A DNA stretch of 46,577 nucleotides from a virus: IMG/VR virus record IMGVR_UViG_3300032144_000020, positions 1-46,577 of that record; one strand, 5' to 3'. Below, piece by piece: positions 33,430 to 41,205 of the stretch. Numbering within the stretch: position 1 is the first letter of the stretch; the number at the start of each line of letters is the position of its first letter. The position numbers were made by a program, and so were the translations under genes. The notes beneath the pieces are model-generated. The model was not told where the DNA came from. It made no database searches and saw only the letters and a list, made by a program, of their open reading frames with translations.

Positions 33430-34200
33430 GTGGCGGCGGCTCACGATAGGCTGGCGCTCGTGACCGATACGCTCGACGTCTACGAGGTCTGGCCGGACTA
33501 CTTCGAGGTCCAGCGCAGGGGCCTCTGGTACTACGAGAGGCTCTGGGCGGTCCTCCTGCGGGAGCTAGAGCGCCGGACGACCGGCAGGCGCCTGACAGAG
33601 TTCGGTAGCGGGCCTGGCTTCTTGCTGAAGCTCGCCGAGAGACGGATCTGGGATGCCCGTGGGATAGAGCCATCGCTTGTCGCCAGGGCTCACGCCGAGG
33701 CCATGGGGTGCCTATGCTTGGACAAACCGCCATACCTCTGGACAGACGACGCCATCATCTCCACCGAGGTCCTGGAGCACGTCATAGACCCCCTCGCCAC
33801 CCTGAAGGAGTGGAGCGAGGTCCTCTTCGACGGAGGCCTCTTGGCCCTCTCCGTCCCGAACGACAACAACCCACTCCAGCGCCTCTTCGGCCGCCTCCTG
33901 GCCCCGCGCGGAAACGAGCGAGGCGGGCTCCTCCAGTGCGGCGACAGGTCGCGCCCGTGGGTCCACCCGACCCACCTCCACTACTTCAACCCGAAGTCGC
34001 TGAAAGCCCTCGTCGAGTCGGCGGGGTTCGAGGTCGTGTGGCAGAGGACGAGCTTCCCAGTGGAGCTTCTCATGGTCCTCCCGATCCCGAGGCGCTGGGC
34101 GTGGAAGCTCTCGCGCCTGTGGCCCGCCCCTCCGTTCCTGTGGCGTTTCCATGTGGGCCGCCACTGTCTCCTAGTCGCCAGGAAGATAGACCAGATATGA
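33430..34200 (+). CDS. Class I SAM-dependent methyltransferase
   Basis: LTEFGSGPGFLLKLA (motif I), AIISTEVLEHVIDP and GGLLALSVPN support the call. The start is GTG 33430 or GTG 33460. Confidence 0.75.
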   Translation: MAAAHDRLALVTDTLDVYEVWPDYFEVQRRGLWYYERLWAVLLRELERRTTGRRLTEFGSGPGFLLKLAERRIWDARGIEPSLVARAHAEAMGCLCLDKPPYLWTDDAIISTEVLEHVIDPLATLKEWSEVLFDGGLLALSVPNDNNPLQRLFGRLLAPRGNERGGLLQCGDRSRPWVHPTHLHYFNPKSLKALVESAGFEVVWQRTSFPVELLMVLPIPRRWAWKLSRLWPAPPFLWRFHVGRHCLLVARKIDQI

Positions 34201-34913
34201 AGATCAAGGACCTCGCCGTCGAGCGCCTGAAGCTGGAGGAACTCCTGGAGATCCCCCCTGCGCCGGGGCACGAGCGATACCTGCACCTGCTCTGCGGGTC
34301 TGGCGAAGTCGAGGTTGGCGACCTCTTCCACGGCCCTTGGTGGAGGAAGTCCGTCTTCGAGCGCCCCGAGCCTGGGATCTACGTCCCCTCCGGAGAGGCC
34401 ATCAAGTTCGCGCCCAACGGGTCGATGGACGTCCTAGTCGTCAGTTCCCCTGCGGGGCAATGGCCCGACCCGACCCTGGTCGTCACCCACAAGGTCCACG
34501 AGATCGGGTGGGGGCACCACAAGCGGACTGTCTACGAGATCCTCGGCGGTGAAGGGCCGGCGCTGAGGATCCGACTCGGGGAGACACACAACGTCCCGGG
34601 GGGCTGGTCCTCCTGGCCGCCGCACAGATTCGACGCCGACCTCTCCATGGCCTCGGAGTTCGAGGAGGCGTTCCTGCCGTTCATGCGCCCGAAGGACGGG
34701 TTTGCGCTCATGCGCCGCAAGGGTCGATGGCAGGACGGGTCCGAAGTCGATGACGCCGTGGCGCTAACGACTGGCGTCATGGTTCCTGTCCCGCTCGGGA
34801 GCCACCCTATCGTCGCCGGCCCGGAGACGTCGCTCGTGTACGTGTGGGCGTACCTCTCGCCGGAGCCCAAGGTCTACGCGAAGTGGGCCGAGGATGCGGG
34901 GTGCTACAAGTGA
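34197..34913 (+). CDS. KduI/IolB-family cupin (5-deoxy-glucuronate isomerase-like)
   Basis: KSVFERPEPGIYVP, GGWSSWPPHRFD, EEAFLPFMRPKDGFALMRR and VPVPLGSHPIVAGPETSLVYVWAYL are colinear with B. subtilis IolB motifs (SVFERKP, GNWSSYPPHKHD, GYHPV...YYLNVMAG) as I remember them. ATGA overlap start. Confidence 0.7.
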   Translation: MKIKDLAVERLKLEELLEIPPAPGHERYLHLLCGSGEVEVGDLFHGPWWRKSVFERPEPGIYVPSGEAIKFAPNGSMDVLVVSSPAGQWPDPTLVVTHKVHEIGWGHHKRTVYEILGGEGPALRIRLGETHNVPGGWSSWPPHRFDADLSMASEFEEAFLPFMRPKDGFALMRRKGRWQDGSEVDDAVALTTGVMVPVPLGSHPIVAGPETSLVYVWAYLSPEPKVYAKWAEDAGCYK

Positions 34914-35563
34914 CCATCCTCGTCACGGGCCACGAGGGGGACATCGGCGGCCTAGTAGCTGCGCACTTGGCGCGCGGAGATCAGGCAGTGATGGGAGTCA
35001 GGACGGACGCGAAGCTCGACAGCGCGCACCGCTACGCGGGCCTCGTCGTCTGCCACGGGGCTCCTGGCTGCATCAAGCCGTCCGTGGACCTCACGGATGT
35101 GGAGTTCCAGAAGATCATCGACGTCGATCTCGTCGGGACGTTCAAGATCTGCCGTGAGGCTGGCCGTGCCATGATCGCCCACGGCAACGGCGGGGCCATC
35201 GTGATCGTCTCGTCCATCCACGCCATCGCCGCCTACCCACAGCGCGCGGCGTACGCAGCGGCCAAGGCGGGCGTCGTTGGCCTAATGCGAGCCCTGGCTG
35301 TCGAGTGGGCGCGCCACGGGGTGCGCGTGAACGCAGTGCTACCAGGCCAGGTCATGGCGACTCGCCGCACCGCGAAGCTGACGGACGCCGGCGAATACAA
35401 GGCAATGCAGGATAGGTCGCCCAGCGGCCTGCTCGCCTCGCGGCTGGGAGTCCTCAGGGCGATCGAGTACCTCCTGAGCGCGCCAGACGTCACAGGGCAC
35501 GCCCTCGTCGTCGATGGGGGCTGGACAGCAAGTGGGTGGTACAAGAGCCATGAGGACGCGTAG
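34910..35563 (+). CDS. Short-chain dehydrogenase/reductase (SDR)
   Basis: ILVTGHEGDIGG, IVIVSSIH, YAAAKAG (YxxxK) and VNAVLPG support the call. GTGA overlap start. Confidence 0.8.
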   Translation: MTILVTGHEGDIGGLVAAHLARGDQAVMGVRTDAKLDSAHRYAGLVVCHGAPGCIKPSVDLTDVEFQKIIDVDLVGTFKICREAGRAMIAHGNGGAIVIVSSIHAIAAYPQRAAYAAAKAGVVGLMRALAVEWARHGVRVNAVLPGQVMATRRTAKLTDAGEYKAMQDRSPSGLLASRLGVLRAIEYLLSAPDVTGHALVVDGGWTASGWYKSHEDA

Positions 35564-36815
35564 CGAGATCCTGAGAGACCTTCGAGCGGCCCGTCAGCGG
35601 AACATCGCCGTGTACGCACGGATGGCTGAGGAGGTACCGAAGGCAGAGCTTCTTGGGTGGAGGGCTAGGAAGCCGGAAGACCCCGACGTGACCATGCTGA
35701 TCGTGGAGAAGTGCCTGGATCACTCCCCGGCCTTGGCCAGCCGCGCCATCGCAGAGGTCAACGAGAACGACGAGGAGATCACACGCCTAAGCCGCGAGCT
35801 GGAGCGTGCCACAAGGCATTACGTCTCCCCTCCAGAGCCCCAGACGACGAAGAGCGCGGTCCTCCTTCCTGGAGGAGGGATCCTGCACGCCTACGCCGCC
35901 AGGGAGGCGCTGGCGCTTGGCCTAGTCCCTGTCGTCACCGACAAGGACAAGGACTGCCCGTGCGCCAAGATCCAGGGAGTCGAGTTCCACGAGATCGACT
36001 GCTACGACACGGAGTCCCACGTCGCGCTCGCCGCGAAGCTCAAGGGCCGGCTCATCGGGGCCTTCTGTGGCGGGGCGGACACACATGTCCAGGTGGCGGC
36101 CGTCCACGAGGCAATGGGCTGGGAGGGGCGCTGGGTCTCCAGGAAGACGGCGACCATATGCAAGGACAAGGAGCAGGCGAAGGACGCGCTGCTCGCCGCA
36201 GCGGTTCCTACGGCGGCCTACAGGATGGAGCCGCCATGCATCTGCAAGCCACGCGTTGGCTCCGGATCGCGCGGCGTGAAGCGCCTTCTCATCAGAAGCG
36301 AGGCCAATAGGGCCTGCGGCAACTACCCGGATGCCCTACACGAAGAACTCCTGGAAGGCCCCGAGCAGTCGGTGGAGATCCTGCTGAGGCCCGGAGCTGG
36401 GCCCCTCTACCGCGTCAACATCGTGGACAGGCACTTCGTCTGGGTGGACGACCAGCCCCTAGAGGTTGGGCACACCAACCCGACGAGGCTCGACGCGAAG
36501 ACTCAGGGCGAGATCTACGCCCTCTGCTACGCCGCCGCAGAGGCCGTGGGCGCCACGGTCGGCTTCTTCAAGTGCGACACCATCCTGACCAAGGACGGGC
36601 CCAAGGTCCTGGAGTGCTCCCCTAGGCTCTCAGGAGGCTTTGACTCCCAGATCTCTACCCCGGCGTCGTCGGGAAGGAACTTGCTCAGGTACGGCCTCCA
36701 GCTCGCCTGCGGCCTACCCACGGAGGCGAAGCTCCTAGACCGCCGCTGGGACGAGCGCGTGACCGTCATCCACCGCCCTCACCTCGCGACACCCGACCTC
36801 TTCCGTGGCAGATAA
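35550..36815 (+). CDS. ATP-grasp enzyme with about 100-aa helical N-terminal extension
   Basis: CICKPRVGSGSRGV, EELLEGPEQSVEIL and FFKCDTILTKDGPKVLECSPRLSGG support the call. It starts at ATG 35550 and overlaps the SDR end by 14 nt. Confidence 0.7.
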   Translation: MRTRSEILRDLRAARQRNIAVYARMAEEVPKAELLGWRARKPEDPDVTMLIVEKCLDHSPALASRAIAEVNENDEEITRLSRELERATRHYVSPPEPQTTKSAVLLPGGGILHAYAAREALALGLVPVVTDKDKDCPCAKIQGVEFHEIDCYDTESHVALAAKLKGRLIGAFCGGADTHVQVAAVHEAMGWEGRWVSRKTATICKDKEQAKDALLAAAVPTAAYRMEPPCICKPRVGSGSRGVKRLLIRSEANRACGNYPDALHEELLEGPEQSVEILLRPGAGPLYRVNIVDRHFVWVDDQPLEVGHTNPTRLDAKTQGEIYALCYAAAEAVGATVGFFKCDTILTKDGPKVLECSPRLSGGFDSQISTPASSGRNLLRYGLQLACGLPTEAKLLDRRWDERVTVIHRPHLATPDLFRGR

Positions 36816-37032
36816 GCCGCCCACCGAGTGGACGATAGTGGGGCCCGCAGCGAGGCCCCCTGGCTCCGCTACCCCCGGTCGCTACGTCCTCTGTCGCTGC
36901 TCCTGCGGCCACCTACAGGTGAAAGCTCGGGCCTTCGCCCTCAGAGACCGCTGCTGCCGCTCCTGCGCCAAGGCCCGCCAGGAGCCATCGGTCAATCCTG
37001 GGTGGCGTCGTCGTCGGGGGCGAGCCACCTAG
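36805..37032 (+). CDS. Zinc-ribbon ORF resembling only the N-terminal module of the 15834..16478 HNH-like family (possible remnant)
   Basis: RYVLCRCSCGHLQVKARAFALRDRCCRSC parallels WLCRCDCGKEKPIPAGQLLTDGTRSCGC. It lacks the nuclease half. Confidence 0.4.
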   Translation: MADKPPTEWTIVGPAARPPGSATPGRYVLCRCSCGHLQVKARAFALRDRCCRSCAKARQEPSVNPGWRRRRGRAT

Positions 37033-37177
37033 AGGGCGGGTAGGCCTCCAGGAACAGCTCCGCGAACTTGTCGTAGGCCGCAACCTTGAAGGCCTCCCAC
37101 GATGCCTTCTTCCTGCGTCTGGCGCGGCGCTTCGTCCTCTTCGACTGGTGGATCCTAGGCCGACGACGACGCTTCAC
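36992..37177 (-). CDS. Hypothetical basic protein, 61 aa
   Basis: GTG 37177 overlaps the upstream stop (GTGA). The protein is MKRRRRPRIHQSKRTKRRARRRKK...FAELFLEAYPPSRW. The track start at 37201 was rejected. Confidence 0.45.
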   Translation of the reverse strand: MKRRRRPRIHQSKRTKRRARRRKKASWEAFKVAAYDKFAELFLEAYPPSRWLAPDDDATQD

Positions 37178-37380
37178 TGGAGGCCCTCCCCAGCGGCCCA
37201 CCTCTCGTACTTCAGGCGACGCCTCAGCTTGGCGAGCTTGGTCTGCCTGAGCCTCTTCGACGGCGACCGGCGCTTGGGCCTCGCCTGGCGGAGCAGGCCC
37301 TCCTGGCTAGTCACCGCGAGCCTTGTCGCCTCGAAGAATGCGCATAGAGCGTCGAGGCTACCCAGACGACGACGCTTCAC
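37174..37380 (-). CDS. Hypothetical basic protein, 68 aa
   Basis: GTG 37380 overlaps the upstream stop (GTGA). It is bounded by a 16-nt direct repeat. Confidence 0.45.
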   Translation of the reverse strand: MKRRRLGSLDALCAFFEATRLAVTSQEGLLRQARPKRRSPSKRLRQTKLAKLRRRLKYERWAAGEGLQ

Positions 37381-37625
37381 GGGTCCATTGCCGGCGGCAG
37401 GCTCTCAGCCGCGAGCCTCTTCAGGCCCTCCACGTCCATCACCTTCCGCGGCCTCCCCACCCAGTGCTTCTTCAAGGGCACACCCATACCCCTGAGCCTC
37501 GATGCCCTCACCTTCGCCGACGTCAGTGAGCACCCCAAGACATCCGCCGCCGCCCGTGCCGTCGGCGTGCTCTGCCACGCCTTCACGAACTCCTCGTCCG
37601 TCGTCGTCCTACTTCTAGGTCCCAT
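37377..37625 (-). CDS. HTH DNA-binding protein, 82 aa (paralog of 29368..29601)
   Basis: TDEEFVKAWQSTPTARAAADVLGCSLTSAKVRASRLRGMGVPLKKH supports the call. Confidence 0.6.
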   Translation of the reverse strand: MGPRSRTTTDEEFVKAWQSTPTARAAADVLGCSLTSAKVRASRLRGMGVPLKKHWVGRPRKVMDVEGLKRLAAESLPPAMDP

Positions 37626-37694
37626 GTACCCATTGTCTCATACTCTAGGAGAATAGGTAAGTGGATATCTGAGGGGACTCCTAGGGCAGAGACG

Positions 37695-37738
37695 CCGGGG
37701 GGGGGTGACGCTTGGAGGCTGGCGCCCTCCCCCCCGGG
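37695..37738 (-). terminator. G9/C-rich hairpin between the DUF5681-like gene and the HTH gene
   Basis: CCGGGGGGGGG-21 nt-CCCTCCCCCCGGG forms about an 11-bp stem with one non-Watson-Crick position. There is no U-run. It includes a 9-G homopolymer at 37697..37705. Confidence 0.3.
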
Positions 37739-37742
37739 ACTC

Positions 37743-38246
37743 CTACTGCTTCTCGTCCGCGAAGCTTTCCCCGTCGACGACGACCTCTGCGTCCCTAGGC
37801 GCCTCAGTAGGCGTCCCCTCTAGTGGCAGCTCAGGCAGCGCCCCCTGCGCACCCATGGTGAGGGATGCCCCTCCTCCACGTATCTCCAGGCGGATGCCCT
37901 CCAGGATGACCCTGCCTTGGGCGTGGTCCTTGTCGATGGGGTCGAGGCGTTCGAGGATGTCGCGCCTGGCTGCAGCGTCGCCGTCAGCGGCTGCCTTCAC
38001 CCATCCGTCTACTACGCGGTCCGCCCAGGTCTTGGTCGTACGTTGCCCCGCAGGCTTCGCCAGCTTCGCTAGGAGACGGGCACGGAGGGCATGGGCTTTA
38101 GTGCCACTTCCGTCTTTTGCGAGCCCGGAGGGGTTCCCGGACTCTCCTGGACGCCATGGGGGCCTTAGGTTGGCCATTCTCTTGGCGATGCCACCGGCTA
38201 CTTGGGTGGGGTAGTCTTCGGACTCGTCTTCGGGGGCTTGGTCCAC
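37743..38246 (-). CDS. DUF5681-like protein (small-terminase-like N-terminal motif), 167 aa
   Basis: NLRPPWRPGESGNPSGLAKDG resembles the P-G-x-SGNP-x-G motif that I associate with DUF5681 and many phage small terminases. ...AAADGDAAARRDILERL follows. It is located 10 kb from terL. Confidence 0.4.
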   Translation of the reverse strand: MDQAPEDESEDYPTQVAGGIAKRMANLRPPWRPGESGNPSGLAKDGSGTKAHALRARLLAKLAKPAGQRTTKTWADRVVDGWVKAAADGDAAARRDILERLDPIDKDHAQGRVILEGIRLEIRGGGASLTMGAQGALPELPLEGTPTEAPRDAEVVVDGESFADEKQ

Positions 38247-38396
38247 GGGTGGCCTCAGGCTATCTCGGGTGCTGGGAGTCTTCTAGGTCCATAGGGCATC
38301 GGAGCTTAGAGGGGAGACGGAGCGGCAAATCAGGGAATCTCACGACGTGGCGTCTGTGGCGTGGGTATGGTTCGTGGCCTCTGGGAGGGGGCAGAC

Positions 38397-38747
38397 ATGA
38401 GCATCGAAATGCGCAACCTGCGTGTGGGGGATCGGTTCCCGCTGTCCTGGCTGGAAGAGGGGGAGAAGCTGGGGAACGGCTACCGCAAGAAAAGCCAAAG
38501 CGTCGGGCGTCGGGTGTTCGGCAAGGACATTGGCGTGGCGATCTGGCTGATCGAGTCCGATGGTGATCGCCTCGTCCTGCGAGACGTGCGCGACGGCGGG
38601 CGGATCCACATGTCCTGGCCTACATCGCCGGGGTACGAATCCCCGTGGGGCGGTGACGGCCACCAGCGGCTCGTTCAGGTGGCGGAGTTCTACGAGGCGC
38701 AGGCGTTCAATGACACGCTGTCGCTCCTGTCGATCGGGCGGGAGTAG
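38397..38747 (+). CDS. Hypothetical protein, 116 aa
   Basis: ATG 38397 is preceded by GGGAGGGGG. No motif recognised. Confidence 0.55.
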   Translation: MSIEMRNLRVGDRFPLSWLEEGEKLGNGYRKKSQSVGRRVFGKDIGVAIWLIESDGDRLVLRDVRDGGRIHMSWPTSPGYESPWGGDGHQRLVQVAEFYEAQAFNDTLSLLSIGRE

Positions 38748-38755
38748 GGGATACC

Positions 38756-38962
38756 ATGAAGACTCTCGACGAGCTGCTGGCGGCGGAGGAGGAAGAGGAG
38801 CGTGAGATGGCCCGCCTGGCGCGTCGTGAGCTGCCCGTGGCGGCGCTCATGACCGTCGTGGCCCCGGAGGCCCTCAGCGACGAGGACGCGGCCTGGGCGG
38901 CGCTGGGGGACGCCTACGGGGCAGTGGACAGCGAGACGCGGTACGAGGACGGGGGGTTCTAG
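38756..38962 (+). CDS. Hypothetical acidic protein, 68 aa
   Basis: Track ORF with GGGG 6 nt upstream of the start. Confidence 0.45.
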   Translation: MKTLDELLAAEEEEEREMARLARRELPVAALMTVVAPEALSDEDAAWAALGDAYGAVDSETRYEDGGF

Positions 38963-39052
38963 TCCTCAAGCCGGGGGGCGTCGTCTGTCGATAGGTGTCT
39001 GACTGGGTGGCCGGATTGGCACAAAGCCGGTAGGCTCAAGGAGGGCCGCAAC

Positions 39053-39223
39053 ATGGAGTTCTTGATCGTGGAAGACCCGCTGCTGGGTGAGCAGGTGGTG
39101 TGCTGGGACTGTCTAGCCGCGTGGGCTGAGGCGGGCCTCGGCAAGGGGACCGTGATCCTAGGCGAGGGTGAGGGCTCGTGCTGCTACGGGCAGTGCCAGA
39201 AGCCGGCGGAGGTGCGCCAGTGA
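39053..39223 (+). CDS. Small Cys-rich protein, 56 aa
   Basis: Hand translation gives MEFLIVEDPLLGEQVVCWDCLAAWAEAGLGKGTVILGEGEGSCCYGQCQKPAEVRQ. AAGGAGGG lies 7 nt upstream. Its stop overlaps the next start (GTGA). It is below the track cutoff. Confidence 0.55.
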   Translation: MEFLIVEDPLLGEQVVCWDCLAAWAEAGLGKGTVILGEGEGSCCYGQCQKPAEVRQ

Positions 39224-39912
39224 ACCACATCCCGCGCCCGGCCGCCGGAGGCGGCCTCTCACCCGCGGCCTACCCGTTGCTCGCCAGGCAACGGCGCCGC
39301 GATGGGGACAAGCTGCACCTCAAGAACGAGACCGACTGGAATACGGCGGATCTCAAGCGCTTCGTGCGCGCGGCGCTGCGCTACCTCGGCGTGTCCGAGG
39401 ACCGCAACGTACGCATCACCAACCGGCGCAGCCTGGACGCGATCGGGGCCTCGGGCTGCGCCTATCTGAATAGCCGCTCGATGACGGTGCGACTGCCGCG
39501 GCCGATCTACCGGGCGACCATCGTCGGGGACGACGGCGCGCGAGAGGAGTGGAGGCGCCGCGAGGTGATGCACGAGGTAGACCTCCGCGACTTCGCGTAC
39601 GTTTTCCTGCACGAGCTGGAGCACAACCTCGGGCTCGAACACAGGCAGATGCGGCGCTCGCGCAAGGTGTTCACTCCGTGGCTCGCCGGGCTTGTGGTCC
39701 GCGCGAAGGCCGAGAAGGCGAAGCCGGCGCCGTTGCCGGCGGGCGAGCGGCGCGCGCTGACGCGCGAGGCCCGCGAGGCGAAGGCGCGCCAGCGGTTGGC
39801 GCTCTGGGAGCGCAAGATGCGCCTCGCCAAAACGAAGGTCGCCGCGTGGCGGCGCAAGGTCGCGCGCTACGACCGGATCCAGGCCGCGTGCCGCGCCGGG
39901 GTGAAGCCGTGA
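39220..39912 (+). CDS. Metzincin-motif (HExxHxxGxxH) protein with basic coiled-coil tail, 230 aa
   Basis: FLHELEHNLGLEH is present, followed by a Lys/Arg/Ala-rich C-terminus. GTGA overlap start. Confidence 0.55.
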   Translation: MNHIPRPAAGGGLSPAAYPLLARQRRRDGDKLHLKNETDWNTADLKRFVRAALRYLGVSEDRNVRITNRRSLDAIGASGCAYLNSRSMTVRLPRPIYRATIVGDDGAREEWRRREVMHEVDLRDFAYVFLHELEHNLGLEHRQMRRSRKVFTPWLAGLVVRAKAEKAKPAPLPAGERRALTREAREAKARQRLALWERKMRLAKTKVAAWRRKVARYDRIQAACRAGVKP

Positions 39913-40121
39913 GCGCCCGCCATGTGCCTGCGGACGCGGAGGCGGCCGGCTGCCCCGTGTGCGAGAGCGAGTTCTTCGTCGAGGCCCCCGGCCCCGACGA
40001 GACGCTGTGCTGCTCGTCTGACGAGTGTGGCGAGCGCTGGCGCTACTGCCAGCATTGCGAGACCATCAAGCCCGAGGAACATGTCGGGCGCTACCAGGAG
40101 TGCAAGGAGTGTGTCCGATGA
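39909..40121 (+). CDS. Zinc-finger protein, 70 aa
   Basis: GCPVCESEF...CCSSDECGERWRYCQHCE...CKEC supports the call. GTGA overlap start. Confidence 0.55.
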   Translation: MSARHVPADAEAAGCPVCESEFFVEAPGPDETLCCSSDECGERWRYCQHCETIKPEEHVGRYQECKECVR

Positions 40122-40450
40122 TCGCAGCCATCCTCTGGACCATCGCCTGCTGGACCGCCTCCAGCTTCATCCTGTGCTCTCTCTGGGCTGCCATCGGGCT
40201 CTCGCTCGGTGGCCGCCGCACCACATCCGACACCTACACCATGGAGGACTTCGCCGTGACCGAACGTGACCGCGACAAGGCTTTCGACGTGCTGCTCGAC
40301 CGCTTCGTGGACCCCGAGCCCCTCCAGGACGACCAGCGGGAACAGGTCTACAAGTCGATCGCCGACACCCTCGCCGACTCCGGCATCCCATGGCCGCGCG
40401 CCGTGGAACTCGCCGAACGCTGCCTCCAGAGCATCAGGAAGATCCTGTGA
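40118..40450 (+). CDS. Membrane protein, 110 aa
   Basis: ATGA overlap start. MIAAILWTIACWTASSFILCSLWAAIGLSLGG is hydrophobic. Confidence 0.55.
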   Translation: MIAAILWTIACWTASSFILCSLWAAIGLSLGGRRTTSDTYTMEDFAVTERDRDKAFDVLLDRFVDPEPLQDDQREQVYKSIADTLADSGIPWPRAVELAERCLQSIRKIL

Positions 40451-41205
40451 TCGCCGACAAGCTCGACGAGTGGTACGCCCAGAAGGGCGCGAGGGACCAG
40501 GAGGCCCGCGCCTTCAAGTTCGGACCCTCGAACCTCGGCGACTGCCAGCGGAAGCTCGCGCACCTCCTCAGCGGCGTTGAGCCCGCCCCGCTCTCGCCCG
40601 AGACCGTGCGGACGTTCGAGCTGGGCCACCAGCGTGGGGAGGCCCTGGAGGAGGCGTGCAAGGCGATCTGGCCCGACGCACGAACGCAGGTCGCCGTGCG
40701 CATACCGTGCGGCAAGTTCACCATCGAGGGCACCTGCGACCTCTGGATCCCGAGCCTCCGGACCGTGGTGGACTTCAAGACCCAAGCCGTCTTCGGGTTC
40801 GGGTTGCTCGACGAGGAGGGAGTCAGCCTCGACTACAAGCTCCAGGTCCACGCCTACCGCATGGGCATGGTGTCTGCCGAAGGCTGGCCTCCTAGCGCAG
40901 TCCGCTGCGTCCTCGTCTACGAGGCGAAGGACTCCGACGCCAGGAAGGGCATCAAGGGCCAGCAGTTGAAGGAGCTGGAGGTGCCGTACACCGACGAACT
41001 CCAGGCCGAGTACGAGGAGCGCATGATGGCGCTGGAGAGGATGCTGCTCCTGAATGAGATGGGGCAGCTCGACCCCAAGGCGTGGCCGGAGCTGCCGCTC
41101 GACTCCAAGGGGAAGAAGTCGTGGAAGTGCCGCATGGACGAGAAGACTGGGCGATCCCTTTACTGTCCGGTAGGGCAGATCAGAGGAGGCTGCTATGGGC
41201 GGTGA
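40447..41205 (+). CDS. Cas4-like PD-(D/E)XK exonuclease with Cys cluster, 252 aa
   Basis: FGPSNLGDCQRKLAHLL, ELGHQRGEALEE, CDLW...VVDFKTQ and QVHAYRM are present, plus three C-terminal Cys residues (WKC...YCPVGQIRGGC). GTGA overlap start. Confidence 0.7.
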   Translation: MIADKLDEWYAQKGARDQEARAFKFGPSNLGDCQRKLAHLLSGVEPAPLSPETVRTFELGHQRGEALEEACKAIWPDARTQVAVRIPCGKFTIEGTCDLWIPSLRTVVDFKTQAVFGFGLLDEEGVSLDYKLQVHAYRMGMVSAEGWPPSAVRCVLVYEAKDSDARKGIKGQQLKELEVPYTDELQAEYEERMMALERMLLLNEMGQLDPKAWPELPLDSKGKKSWKCRMDEKTGRSLYCPVGQIRGGCYGR

